From NCBI GenBank assembly GCA_944331895.1, contig CALVIX010000002.1, forward strand, positions 97,099-161,098: DNA of 64,000 nt, read 5' to 3'. The notes below the pieces were generated by a model. It was not told the DNA's origin. It searched no databases and was given only the letters and a program-made list of their open reading frames with translations. The position numbers and the translations under genes are program-made. Below are positions 44,421-54,049 of the stretch, one piece after another. The DNA comes from an uncultured Bacilli bacterium. GTDB taxonomy: Bacteria > Bacillota_I > Bacilli_A > RF39 > UBA660. How positions within the stretch are numbered: the first letter of the stretch is position 1; each line of letters begins with the position of its first letter.

Positions 44421-46440
44421 GTTTATTTAAACTCCCTTTAGAATATTGATGTCCCTTTTGTACGTATTTCTTGCATACTTGATCAGTGAATTCATATTCA
44501 TCCATGTCAACAGTCAAATGGAACACATTGTCAAATGCATATTCATCAATCTTGTTCATAAAGTATCCTCTAATCCAATCTTTAATTTCTGCTATTTCTT
44601 TATACATATATCCTTTTTTCTTACTATAATGTACAAAATTAGAAACGTCTATGTTCATTTTTAAGATTGCAATAGTATTAGAATCATATCTATCTATTAA
44701 TACATTCGCTTTAAAAACAGTAACACCGATTTTTTCATTATTATATAAATAGATTTCATTTATAAATGGACGATATTCTGAACCTAGATCCACAAAAGTT
44801 AAATCTTCAATTGTAGCTCTTGTTGATAACATTTGAATGGCCTCAGTCATCAAATCACCCTCTAATGAATTCCATAATATGCCTATACAAGGGAGTTCCA
44901 TTCTTGGTAATTTTTCTTGCATTATTATATTATCATTTAATAATTGTTCAATTATTCCTAACACATTATCTAGATCTTTAAATTTGCTAACATCATCAGC
45001 TTCAAATAAAACTTTTATTATTTTATTTACTAGATTTTGCATTTCATCAAAATAATAATTATCTAATATACCAGACTTATAATCTCTCATATAAGTTTTT
45101 AATACATGTGCTAAACTATTGAATAAAAATTTTTCAGCTTCATCTTTGTACTCATCACCCAGAGCCATAATTCTATTGTAAGATTCTTGACCCCATTCCT
45201 CTGTTGTAAAAAATCTACTATCAAATTTTCTTCCTGTCAATGATGTTCCTCTTCTTTTTATATAATGATAATATTGTTCAGAATCACAAACAAAACTATT
45301 AGAATTTAAACACACCTCTAACATAAATCCTGCATCTTCATTAAACAAATGTTCATCAAATCTAATTTCGTCAATCGCTTCTCTTTTAAATAATTTATCC
45401 CATACTGCAGTAGTAATCATTCCATTTAAATGCGAACCCAATATATCTTTACGAGTTACTGGGGTAGTTACAATTCTATCTTCATCAGAAAGATTTACAA
45501 TTCTACCATCTCTTGAATGCACAAATGCATGACCACAAGAAATATCCGCAGAATAATTTAAAGAATTTTTTAGCAAACTAGAATACATATTATTACTAAT
45601 ATAATCGTCGGCATCTACAAAACCTACATAATCACCTGTTGCAACACTTAAACCTGTATTTCTAGCATTAGACAAACCACCATTAGGTTGATTAACAACT
45701 TTAATTCTGTTATCTTTTTTTGCTAATTCTTCACATACAATTTGCGAATCATCTGTAGAGCCATCGTTAACTAATATTATTTCCAAATTCTGATAACTTT
45801 GTTTTTGAATACTACCAACACTTCTATTTAAAAATTGTTCAGCATTATATACTGGAACTATTACAGAAATTTTATTTTTTCCAAATGCATTTAGGTTTAT
45901 AAAATTCGTAATCTCCTCTTGCCATACGTGATTAGTATCTAATATTTTATGATATTCGCCCTTTAAGTTATCGTCAAAAACATTGTCTATATTACAAAAT
46001 TTGTTCATATTGATAGAACCATTTCTTTCAATATACCTTTTTTTTCGCAAATCATAGTCTGCTTCTGTTTTTATAAGAATATTACACTTTTTAAATAGTG
46101 CTGATTGTTCTAAAAAAAGCCAATCAATAATTACATTTTGCTGTGGATTTTTATTTATCTCAGTTAAAATGATGTTATCTATTTCTCTTTTAAAGTTAGT
46201 ATCCATAAGATATGCTTCAATTGAATTTTTAAAAAAAGATTCAACAATATCTATATCTTGATTTACATTTACGCCAAAATTATCACTTAAATACTGACTA
46301 ATTTTACTCAATTTGCCTTCCTTAATATAAGATTCAACTATTTTGTCTACCTCTATATGTTTAAAGCCATACTTATTACTCAAAAATTTTGATACTTCTG
46401 TTTTCCCTGAGCCAGCTAGTCCCGTTATTCCCATTATCAT
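44407..46440 (-). CDS. Three-domain fusion: CoaE-like P-loop kinase + GT2 glycosyltransferase + putative NDK-like domain
   Basis: GITGLAGSGKT and IIDW..L (CoaE-like); ISVIVPVYN, VNDGSTD, NGGLSNARN, FVDADD (GT2); IR.....DNVFH near the C-terminus. Confidence 0.8.
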   Translation of the reverse strand: MIMGITGLAGSGKTEVSKFLSNKYGFKHIEVDKIVESYIKEGKLSKISQYLSDNFGVNVNQDIDIVESFFKNSIEAYLMDTNFKREIDNIILTEINKNPQQNVIIDWLFLEQSALFKKCNILIKTEADYDLRKKRYIERNGSINMNKFCNIDNVFDDNLKGEYHKILDTNHVWQEEITNFINLNAFGKNKISVIVPVYNAEQFLNRSVGSIQKQSYQNLEIILVNDGSTDDSQIVCEELAKKDNRIKVVNQPNGGLSNARNTGLSVATGDYVGFVDADDYISNNMYSSLLKNSLNYSADISCGHAFVHSRDGRIVNLSDEDRIVTTPVTRKDILGSHLNGMITTAVWDKLFKREAIDEIRFDEHLFNEDAGFMLEVCLNSNSFVCDSEQYYHYIKRRGTSLTGRKFDSRFFTTEEWGQESYNRIMALGDEYKDEAEKFLFNSLAHVLKTYMRDYKSGILDNYYFDEMQNLVNKIIKVLFEADDVSKFKDLDNVLGIIEQLLNDNIIMQEKLPRMELPCIGILWNSLEGDLMTEAIQMLSTRATIEDLTFVDLGSEYRPFINEIYLYNNEKIGVTVFKANVLIDRYDSNTIAILKMNIDVSNFVHYSKKKGYMYKEIAEIKDWIRGYFMNKIDEYAFDNVFHLTVDMDEYEFTDQVCKKYVQKGHQYSKGSLNKRVQK

Positions 46441-46628
46441 TAAATCACCTCTCCAAATCTTTACTTTTTACACAATAATGTTATAGATATTTATTACTAG
46501 ATTGCTACCACTTTAATTTCTCGCTATACTATCACTATTGGAAAAAAATGTCAATAACATGTTGTTAAATCGTTATAAACACTTTAGGAAAAGATGAGGA
46601 AATGATATAATAATAAACGGTGGTTTAT

Positions 46629-48701
46629 ATGAGTCAAATGGAATTTGAAAAATTAAAACTTAAAGACATTTTAGAAAAATATGAGGAATATATCAATGAT
46701 ACAAAATTAGAACTCAAAAACATATACAAACTTTATAATCAAGACGAGGCAAAAGAAAGAGAACATAATTTAAAAAATAGACTTTACTCGTTAGAAGTAA
46801 ATGTTGACAAGCCTTACTTTGCTAGAATTGACTTTGATAATGAAAATGGGCTAAAGGATATATGTTATATTGGAAAAGTTGGAGTATCTAATTATGATAA
46901 TGAGATAATTGTTGTTGATTGGCGTGCTCCTATTTCTTCTTTATATTATGATTCTGCAATAGGAAAAACTTCATATAAAGTCAATGATGACATCATAAAC
47001 GGAAATTTAAAACTTAAAAGACAATATAATATTGAAAACAAACAATTAATTGATTTCTTTGATGTTGATACAGTTAGTAATGATGACCTGTTAAAGCCAT
47101 ATTTGAGCGTTAATGCCGATGCTAGAACAAAAAATATTGTTGCAACAATTCAAGAAGAGCAAAATGATATAATTAGAAGTGAGTTTTCTAAAAATTTGAT
47201 TATTCAGGGAGTTGCTGGATCAGGTAAAACAACTGTAGCTTTACACCGAATAGCTTACTTGGCTTACAACTACCGTAATCTCATTCATAATGATCAATAT
47301 ATGGTTATCGGTCCAAACAAATTTTTTGTTAATTATATATCTGATATGTTACCAGAGTTAGATGTTAATGATGTAGCACAATATGATTTGGTGGAACTAG
47401 CTGAAACTTTTATAAATCAAAAATTAAATCTACAAAACGAAAATGAGATAATAAAAAAATATTTAAATGGATATAAAAATGAACTTCCGAAAATCAAGAC
47501 CGATTTAGAATATAAAAATATAATTGATGCATACTTTAAAGATTATTTTACTAATAATATTAATTATAAACCGATTACAATTTATGATTTCGTTGTAATT
47601 GATCCAACCACTATAGAACAATACTGGGAAGAAGTCTTAAAGCGTGATTATGATGACTTAAAAAGTGCAATAAATAGATTAATAAACCTGTTATCAAAAT
47701 TTTGTGAAAACAATAAAGAAACTATTTTATCTAAAATAAACAAACATATTGATCTAAAAATCGAAAACGGATCTGATTTATTAGAATGTAGAAAAATGAG
47801 AACTAACATGATAAACAAGTTTCAATCTAATATTAACTCAATAATTAAAAACCACTTTAAACTAATGTTTAAAAAAAGTACAGTTATCTATGATGACATA
47901 AAAAACAACATGAATAAATATACTGACAATAAAATATTATTACAAAATATCGACAACATCTTAAAATATGAAGATCTACCAGCATTGATTTATATTGAAT
48001 ATAAGATTAATGGATATAAAAATTTTGATAAGTATAGACATATAGTTATTGATGAAGCACAAGACTATAATACTTTTTCATTTATAGCTCTTCAAAAAAT
48101 TTTTCCAAAAGCCAGTTTTAGCATATATGGAGATATAGCACAATCTATATATGCATATAGAAGTTTAGATAATTGGGAAAGTATAAAAAACAACGTTTTT
48201 AAAACAATAGATATAAAATATTTAAATAAAAGTTATAGAACAACTATCGAAATAATGAATGAAGCAAATAAAATTAATAAATATTTAAATCTTCCGGAAG
48301 CCTCTGCAGTAATTAGACATGGTAATGAAGTTACTTATAAAAAAGTTTTAAAAACAGAAGAATTTATACCTTTAATAAATGAACTAATGGCAGATGGTAA
48401 AAAAAATATTGCAATCATATCAAAAGATGCAGAAACATCTAACACCTTATATTTAAAATTAAAAAACAATATTAATCTTACTAACATTAGTGATAGATCT
48501 GTGGAAAATATCAATGGTATTTGTACTATTTCTTGTCATTTGTGTAAAGGATTGGAATTTGATGCAGTTATTATTAATAATGTAAATAATTTTGATATTA
48601 ATAATACTTTAGATATGAAATTATTATATGTCGCTATGACAAGAGCACTACACAGTTTAGTTATTACTTATAATGATAGTATTCCTAGAATATTACAATA
48701 A
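46629..48701 (+). CDS. helD: HelD-family RNA polymerase recycling motor (SF1 helicase-like ATPase)
   Basis: KPYFARIDF, YIGK, VDWRAPISSLYY, IVATIQ.EQN.IIR, GVAGSGKT, DEAQD, GDIAQ, KGLEFD, YVAMTRALH. Confidence 0.9.
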   Translation: MSQMEFEKLKLKDILEKYEEYINDTKLELKNIYKLYNQDEAKEREHNLKNRLYSLEVNVDKPYFARIDFDNENGLKDICYIGKVGVSNYDNEIIVVDWRAPISSLYYDSAIGKTSYKVNDDIINGNLKLKRQYNIENKQLIDFFDVDTVSNDDLLKPYLSVNADARTKNIVATIQEEQNDIIRSEFSKNLIIQGVAGSGKTTVALHRIAYLAYNYRNLIHNDQYMVIGPNKFFVNYISDMLPELDVNDVAQYDLVELAETFINQKLNLQNENEIIKKYLNGYKNELPKIKTDLEYKNIIDAYFKDYFTNNINYKPITIYDFVVIDPTTIEQYWEEVLKRDYDDLKSAINRLINLLSKFCENNKETILSKINKHIDLKIENGSDLLECRKMRTNMINKFQSNINSIIKNHFKLMFKKSTVIYDDIKNNMNKYTDNKILLQNIDNILKYEDLPALIYIEYKINGYKNFDKYRHIVIDEAQDYNTFSFIALQKIFPKASFSIYGDIAQSIYAYRSLDNWESIKNNVFKTIDIKYLNKSYRTTIEIMNEANKINKYLNLPEASAVIRHGNEVTYKKVLKTEEFIPLINELMADGKKNIAIISKDAETSNTLYLKLKNNINLTNISDRSVENINGICTISCHLCKGLEFDAVIINNVNNFDINNTLDMKLLYVAMTRALHSLVITYNDSIPRILQ

Positions 48702-48810
48702 TATTAATGAGGATGTTTATATTTTAAATTCATTTGTAAAAACTCATTCTACTTTTCAATACCAAAAATTTTATGATAATATTAAACGATGTGTTTATTA
48801 TATTTAGTAA

Positions 48811-48837
48811 GGAGCACAATTATCTTATTGTGCCCTC
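48811..48837 (+). terminator. Hairpin downstream of helD
   Basis: GAGCACAAT/ATTGTGCCCTC imperfect stem, weak U-run. Confidence 0.45.
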
Positions 48838-48954
48838 AAAGTTTAACTCATTTCCACTTCAGTTTTAATATCTTCATATACTGTCACTTTCAATATTTTG
48901 TTTCTTTGTCAAATAGTATTGGCGAGTAAAAATCACTAATGCTATTTTTTATAT

Positions 48955-48979
48955 GAAAAAGACACGTTTGTGTCTTTTC
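48955..48979 (-). terminator. Intrinsic terminator after Nudix
   Basis: GAAAAAGACAC/GTGTCTTTTC. Confidence 0.8.
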
Positions 48980-48981
48980 AG

Positions 48982-49416
48982 TTATTTTAATTGTTCCAAT
49001 TTCTTTTGAAAACTTTGAAATAATTCTATCTTGTCTTCCTTATAAACAATAGTCTCTCCATGATTTTTTATCATGTCGATTACGTCGTTGATAGAACACC
49101 ATTTTACTTGAGAGAGTTCCTCTTCCTGAAGTATAAAATCTGCTTCATTTTTATTGCATCGAACATAAAAATAATACGTTGCATGTGTTTCCGAATTCTC
49201 GATTGTCGTAAAAGGATGGAGTTCACTCAGCTCTACTTCGATTCCAAGTTCTTCCTTACATTCTCTTACTGCAGCAACTTCCACAGTCTCTCCTGCTTCT
49301 ACATGACCATGAAGTAATGCCCATCGATTAGGATAACTTCTTTTGTTCGCACTTCTTTTCTGTATTAGTATGTCATGTTGATCATTGTATATCAATACAC
49401 CAATTTCTTTTTTCAT
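48982..49416 (-). CDS. Nudix hydrolase (IDI-like subfamily)
   Basis: ILIQKRS..K.SYP..W, GHVEAGETVEVAAVRECKEELG. Confidence 0.92.
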   Translation of the reverse strand: MKKEIGVLIYNDQHDILIQKRSANKRSYPNRWALLHGHVEAGETVEVAAVRECKEELGIEVELSELHPFTTIENSETHATYYFYVRCNKNEADFILQEEELSQVKWCSINDVIDMIKNHGETIVYKEDKIELFQSFQKKLEQLK

Positions 49417-49425
49417 ATAATCCCC

Positions 49426-49878
49426 CTATAACTTGATCTGATACAATCTTTCTTCATTTTTTAAAACTTCCATGAATGTAGCACCAAATTTTTCATAGTA
49501 GTTTTCTAAATCACTCTTCAAATAAACACTATGATATCCTCTTCTTTTTGCTTCTTCTAGAATTGCCTGATGGAGTTTTTTAGAATACCCACGTCCTCTA
49601 TATTCTTCCTTGACATACATCGTTGCATACCACGGTGTCAAATCTCTTCTCTCATCGCCATCGTAATGAAATAGAGAGATGAAACCGATCAATGTATGAT
49701 CTTCAATATATCCTAATGCGACGATCAATTGGTCGTTCTCATTCGTTTGAATACGTTTTACTTTGTTTTGAATCTTTTGTTCTAATTTCAAAGGATCTTT
49801 TTCCGTACTCCATTCTTTCGCACATAATGTGCAGTATTCTTCTAGCCAAGCTGGATATTCTTTCAAATCGACAATCAT
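49426..49878 (-). CDS. GNAT family N-acetyltransferase
   Basis: PWYATMYVKEEYRGRGYS..L, YYEKFG. Confidence 0.92.
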   Translation of the reverse strand: MIVDLKEYPAWLEEYCTLCAKEWSTEKDPLKLEQKIQNKVKRIQTNENDQLIVALGYIEDHTLIGFISLFHYDGDERRDLTPWYATMYVKEEYRGRGYSKKLHQAILEEAKRRGYHSVYLKSDLENYYEKFGATFMEVLKNEERLYQIKL

Positions 49879-49889
49879 AAATTCCTCCT

Positions 49890-49914
49890 AAAAAAAGATA
49901 GCGCTTGCTATCTT
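49890..49914 (-). terminator. Terminator after ftsZ
   Basis: AAGATAGC/GCTATCTT plus U7. Confidence 0.8.
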
Positions 49915-50983
49915 AGAATCCTCTTTTTCTTAAGAAAGATGGAATATCGATCTCACTTCCTGCTGGTTCTTCATCTGTTGTATCTGTTTCTACAGTATTA
50001 TCTTTATTTCCATAAGAATGGTATAAAGGTTCTTTTTCTTCCTCGAATCCCGTTGCAATAACAGTTACGATAATTTCATCATTCAAATTTTCATTGATGA
50101 CAGCTCCGAAGATCGTATTGATATCTGTATTCGCGCTAGTACGGATTACATCTGCTGCCTCTTCTACTTCGAATAATGTCAAGTTAGAACCACCCGTAAC
50201 GTTGATAATTGCATCTGTTGCACCACTGATACTTGTTTCTAAAAGTGGGCTAGATACTGCTTGACGTGCAGCTTCTGCAGCTCTATCTTCTCCAACACCC
50301 ATACCGATTCCGATAAGCGCATTTCCACGATTTTCCATAACGGCTTTTACATCGGCAAAGTCAAGGTTGATAAGTCCTGCGACTGCGATCAAGTCTGAGA
50401 TAGATTGTACTCCTCGTCTCAATACATTATCTACTTCTCTAAATGAATCTACAAGTGGTGTAGATTTGTCGATAATCTCTCTCAAACGGTCGTTTGGAAT
50501 TACGATTAAAGTATCGACGTGTTTCTTTAATTCTTCCAATCCTGAAAGTGCTTGATCCATACGTTTCTTACCTTCGAATGAGAATGGTTTCGTTACGATT
50601 CCTACTGTAAGAGCTCCCATCTCTTGTGAGATTTCAGCGATAACTGGCGCAGCTCCAGTTCCTGTTCCACCACCCATACCACAAGTGATGAATACCATGT
50701 CAGCACCCTCTAGTGCAGCTTCGATCTCTTGTTTTGTCTCGAGTGCAGCTTCTTTTCCAATTTGTGGATTTGCTCCTGCACCTAATCCATTGGTAAGTTC
50801 CGCACCAATTTGAATTTTCACCTCAGCTTTTGAGTTGTTTAAAACTTGTAAGTCTGTATTGGCAACAATGAAGTCAACCCCTTTTACTCCTGATTCAATC
50901 ATTCTGTTAACGGCGTTATTTCCTCCACCACCAACACCAATGACTTTAATTTTTGCTAATTGATCCATTTCTAAGTCAAACAT
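49913..50983 (-). CDS. ftsZ: Cell division GTPase FtsZ
   Basis: [23 protein letters not shown]-terminal DIPSFLR. Confidence 0.99.
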   Translation of the reverse strand: MFDLEMDQLAKIKVIGVGGGGNNAVNRMIESGVKGVDFIVANTDLQVLNNSKAEVKIQIGAELTNGLGAGANPQIGKEAALETKQEIEAALEGADMVFITCGMGGGTGTGAAPVIAEISQEMGALTVGIVTKPFSFEGKKRMDQALSGLEELKKHVDTLIVIPNDRLREIIDKSTPLVDSFREVDNVLRRGVQSISDLIAVAGLINLDFADVKAVMENRGNALIGIGMGVGEDRAAEAARQAVSSPLLETSISGATDAIINVTGGSNLTLFEVEEAADVIRTSANTDINTIFGAVINENLNDEIIVTVIATGFEEEKEPLYHSYGNKDNTVETDTTDEEPAGSEIDIPSFLRKRGF

Positions 50984-50994
50984 TTTCTTCCTCC

Positions 50995-52275
50995 TTATTC
51001 GCTGAAAAAGTACCCAAATACTTTACCTAACATTGATTCGTTTGATACATTGATTAAATTTCTCGATATTGTTGATAATTCTTCTTGGTCCTCTCTACTT
51101 ACCATTGTATAACTTTGACCTCTTAATTTCAACTTATTTACGAAATAAACTATATTTCCTACGGCAGAAGCATATCGATTATTTCGAATTCCTACTAATT
51201 TTACATTTCCAACAGTCGTTCCTTTCCCAAAGACATCATCGGCAATATAGCCAAAGTTTGTCATATTGCTCACACCACCCGTAATGATCGTGTAATCTAA
51301 ATGACGATTCGTAAGAGATTGAATTTCTTTTTTGGCAAGCGATAAAATCTCTTCCAAACGTGACATGACAACTTCAGATAGTTCATATTGATTGATCTTA
51401 ATCGTCTCTCCATATGTGTTTATAACATCATAAACCTCACTAGAATTTGCGTGTAATTTATGAGCTAATGCACATTTTTCCTTTAAATGGACTGCTGTAC
51501 TATGATCTAGCCTGTACATGTACGAAATATCGTTATCGATATTTCTACCACCGAGTCCAATCAAATGGTTTTTTACGATAATTCCTTTGTTATATAAAGA
51601 TACCGATGTCACTTCGCTTCCAATATTGATAATAGCACCCACAGATTCATCCATTTTCTTATCTTTGAATGCGAAACTATCTCCGATCGGATTGATCGAT
51701 ACATCGACAACCTCAATTCCAATACGATCTAAAAGTCCTACGACAGAATACATGTTTTTCTTTGGCGTCGTTACCAAAATACCACGAGCAGATAACGTTT
51801 TTGCAGTAAGTCCTTTCGGATCCTTCACCACTTTGCTATCATCCACTTTAAAATCGATTGGAAGAATCGTTACGATCTCCTGATTCGTCTTCTCCTTAGA
51901 TTCCATCGCTACTTGAAGGACTCTCGTGATATCTTCCCCTGTGATTGTACCATCGACCGGTTTCGCATCCATCACATCTTCGTCGACATATTGTTCAATA
52001 TTAACCTCTCCTGTTACCATCGTAAATTCTACTTGGTAGCTCGGGATGGAAGCGATTACTTTTTTGATTTGAATACCAAGCATTTCCTCAACTTCAGTAA
52101 ATGCCTGTTTCACAGAACGTCCTGCTTCTTCTAAATCAGTAATTAGTCCCTTTTTGATTCCTTTTGATTTAACAGAAGATGCTGCTAGTAAGTTTAACTT
52201 ATTCTTATATAGTTCGCATACGACAAGTTTAATGGTATCTGATCCAATATCGATGCTAGAATAAATGTGCTTCAT
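50995..52275 (-). CDS. ftsA: Cell division protein FtsA
   Basis: IDIGS..IK, S.GIKKG.I, NIGS..T, GG..I..DI, ITGG.S. Confidence 0.95.
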   Translation of the reverse strand: MKHIYSSIDIGSDTIKLVVCELYKNKLNLLAASSVKSKGIKKGLITDLEEAGRSVKQAFTEVEEMLGIQIKKVIASIPSYQVEFTMVTGEVNIEQYVDEDVMDAKPVDGTITGEDITRVLQVAMESKEKTNQEIVTILPIDFKVDDSKVVKDPKGLTAKTLSARGILVTTPKKNMYSVVGLLDRIGIEVVDVSINPIGDSFAFKDKKMDESVGAIINIGSEVTSVSLYNKGIIVKNHLIGLGGRNIDNDISYMYRLDHSTAVHLKEKCALAHKLHANSSEVYDVINTYGETIKINQYELSEVVMSRLEEILSLAKKEIQSLTNRHLDYTIITGGVSNMTNFGYIADDVFGKGTTVGNVKLVGIRNNRYASAVGNIVYFVNKLKLRGQSYTMVSREDQEELSTISRNLINVSNESMLGKVFGYFFSE

Positions 52276-52351
52276 ATCACCATCTCCTACAATCTAACAC
52301 ATATTATACTATATTTTTTATGAAATGTAAAAGAAAAAAGTTCATTTCGAA

Positions 52352-53089
52352 CTAATTTTCAAGGATTCTAAAATATTCACCAGAGTCTAGATATAAAATT
52401 CCTTTTTTATTTTGAAATGTCTTCATAATATCTAGATAGCTGTTAATTTTTTGAAACTGATTTAAAGATAGATACACATAGTTACCATCTGTCATCGATA
52501 GTAAAAATCTACTCTGATCTACTTCGTTGGGATTATACTCTATTTCTGAAATACGACTCAAGATTACCATATCGAGTTCAGCTAACTTCTTCTGTAATTT
52601 TTGATATAGTTTATCCGGCGTGTAATTGATTAACGTCGGAACGACATAATTACCATCCGTCGTCTGTCCATCTAATAAAATAACTTTGTTTTTGTTGACA
52701 TCGTAAAATAGGGGCCTATTCTCTTCGACCGTAATCGTAACTGAGAATAGTCCATCTTTTTCCACATGCGCACTTTTAATCATAATATCATCTTCTAGAC
52801 GACTTTCGATAAAAAAGGAAAGCTCTTCAAAAGTCGATGGATAATCTTCCAACTGTGCACGTTCTATTACTTGTTGATCTGTTAAAACATGATTGTTTTT
52901 TACATAGATATTGCGGATCGATAGATCGAGTGTGTGATATAAAATGATCCCGACACAAAGAAGGATTAAAAGGGCAATGACGATACGACCATAACGAATC
53001 TTCACGTGTTTTTTCTGGTGCTTATTTTTCTTAGTGCGCTTTTTCGACTGCTTTGTAGAAGTGCTTTGTTTCTCTTTTTGCTTCGCCAT
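52352..53089 (-). CDS. divIB: Cell division protein DivIB/FtsQ
   Basis: Basic N-terminus, TM, POTRA-like I.V..N..LT; between murB and ftsA. Confidence 0.88.
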   Translation of the reverse strand: MAKQKEKQSTSTKQSKKRTKKNKHQKKHVKIRYGRIVIALLILLCVGIILYHTLDLSIRNIYVKNNHVLTDQQVIERAQLEDYPSTFEELSFFIESRLEDDIMIKSAHVEKDGLFSVTITVEENRPLFYDVNKNKVILLDGQTTDGNYVVPTLINYTPDKLYQKLQKKLAELDMVILSRISEIEYNPNEVDQSRFLLSMTDGNYVYLSLNQFQKINSYLDIMKTFQNKKGILYLDSGEYFRILEN

Positions 53090-53158
53090 ACCGATCCTCC
53101 TTATTCTTTTTCATTATATCATATTTGTTTCAAAAAGGATATCTAAAAAAAACAAGAA

Positions 53159-54049
53159 TTAGTCTACGAATTCTTGCTCGCATTTTAGTTTAATTTTTTT
53201 CTTCTTCCAAACTGTATCCTGAACAGTCAGAATCAATTTACGGATATCATTCGCATTCGCATGATCGACATTGATAATGAAATTGGCATGTTTCCGACTG
53301 ACTTCTGCCCCGCCAATTCTCATTCCCTTAAGACCACAGTCTTCAATCAATTTTCCAGCTGCGATTCCTTCCGGATTTCGAAACACACTGCCTGCAGAAG
53401 GATATTCTAAAGGTTGAGTCATCAATCTTCTTTTTTTTCTATCTTCCATGACACTGTGGATTGCGGCCTCCGTTCCCTTCGTTAAAATCAATGTTGCTTC
53501 TAAACAAATGTATCCAGGATGCGTCTGTAAAAAAGAAGTACGATAGTGAAACTCTAACTCTCGATTATACATCGTTTCCACCGTAAGTTCCGGTGTTAAC
53601 ACTTTGATTTCACTTACGATATATCCCATATCACTTTTATACGCTCCCGCATTCATGTAGATCGCTCCACCGATCGTCCCAGGTATTCCTGCTGCAAACT
53701 CTAATCCAGTCAGTCCTAACTTAGCAGCTTTGATCGCGAGTTTCATAAGAGGATACCCAGCACCAACTACAACTTTAGTTCCATAAAATTCGCATGTATG
53801 TAACGCATCCAGTCTGATTAAAACACCCTGGTATCCATCATCGGAAAAAAGCAAATTGGATCCATATCCTACCACTTTATGCTTGATCTTTTTTTCTTTT
53901 AGATACTGCATTAAATTCTTTAATTGTTCTATCGATTCCGGAAACACGATATAATCGGCAATTCCACCTGCACGATAAGTCGTATACTGTTTTAAACTAC
54001 AGTTTTCTAATACTTTCCCACAATTGATTTTTTCAAGTTCTATCTTCAT
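53159..54049 (-). CDS. murB: UDP-N-acetylenolpyruvoylglucosamine reductase
   Basis: GYGSNLL, GIPGTIGGAIYMNAGAY, QPLEYPSAGSVFRNP, HANFI.N. Confidence 0.97.
   Translation of the reverse strand: MKIELEKINCGKVLENCSLKQYTTYRAGGIADYIVFPESIEQLKNLMQYLKEKKIKHKVVGYGSNLLFSDDGYQGVLIRLDALHTCEFYGTKVVVGAGYPLMKLAIKAAKLGLTGLEFAAGIPGTIGGAIYMNAGAYKSDMGYIVSEIKVLTPELTVETMYNRELEFHYRTSFLQTHPGYICLEATLILTKGTEAAIHSVMEDRKKRRLMTQPLEYPSAGSVFRNPEGIAAGKLIEDCGLKGMRIGGAEVSRKHANFIINVDHANANDIRKLILTVQDTVWKKKKIKLKCEQEFVD

Larger units (their letters stand above)
40560..48950. mobile_element. AT-rich genomic island inserted between spoIIGA and the ftsZ-GNAT-Nudix block
   Basis: Spot counts of 13-35% GC per 60-nt line, mostly low; no CGATCG seen; gene debris and IS-like ends at the borders; no intact integrase. 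Confidence 0.75.

Noticed and set aside
45885-46440. Calling the fusion the housekeeping coaE
   Set aside because: It is fused to GT2, lies in foreign AT-rich DNA, and only the general CoaE-like fold is evident
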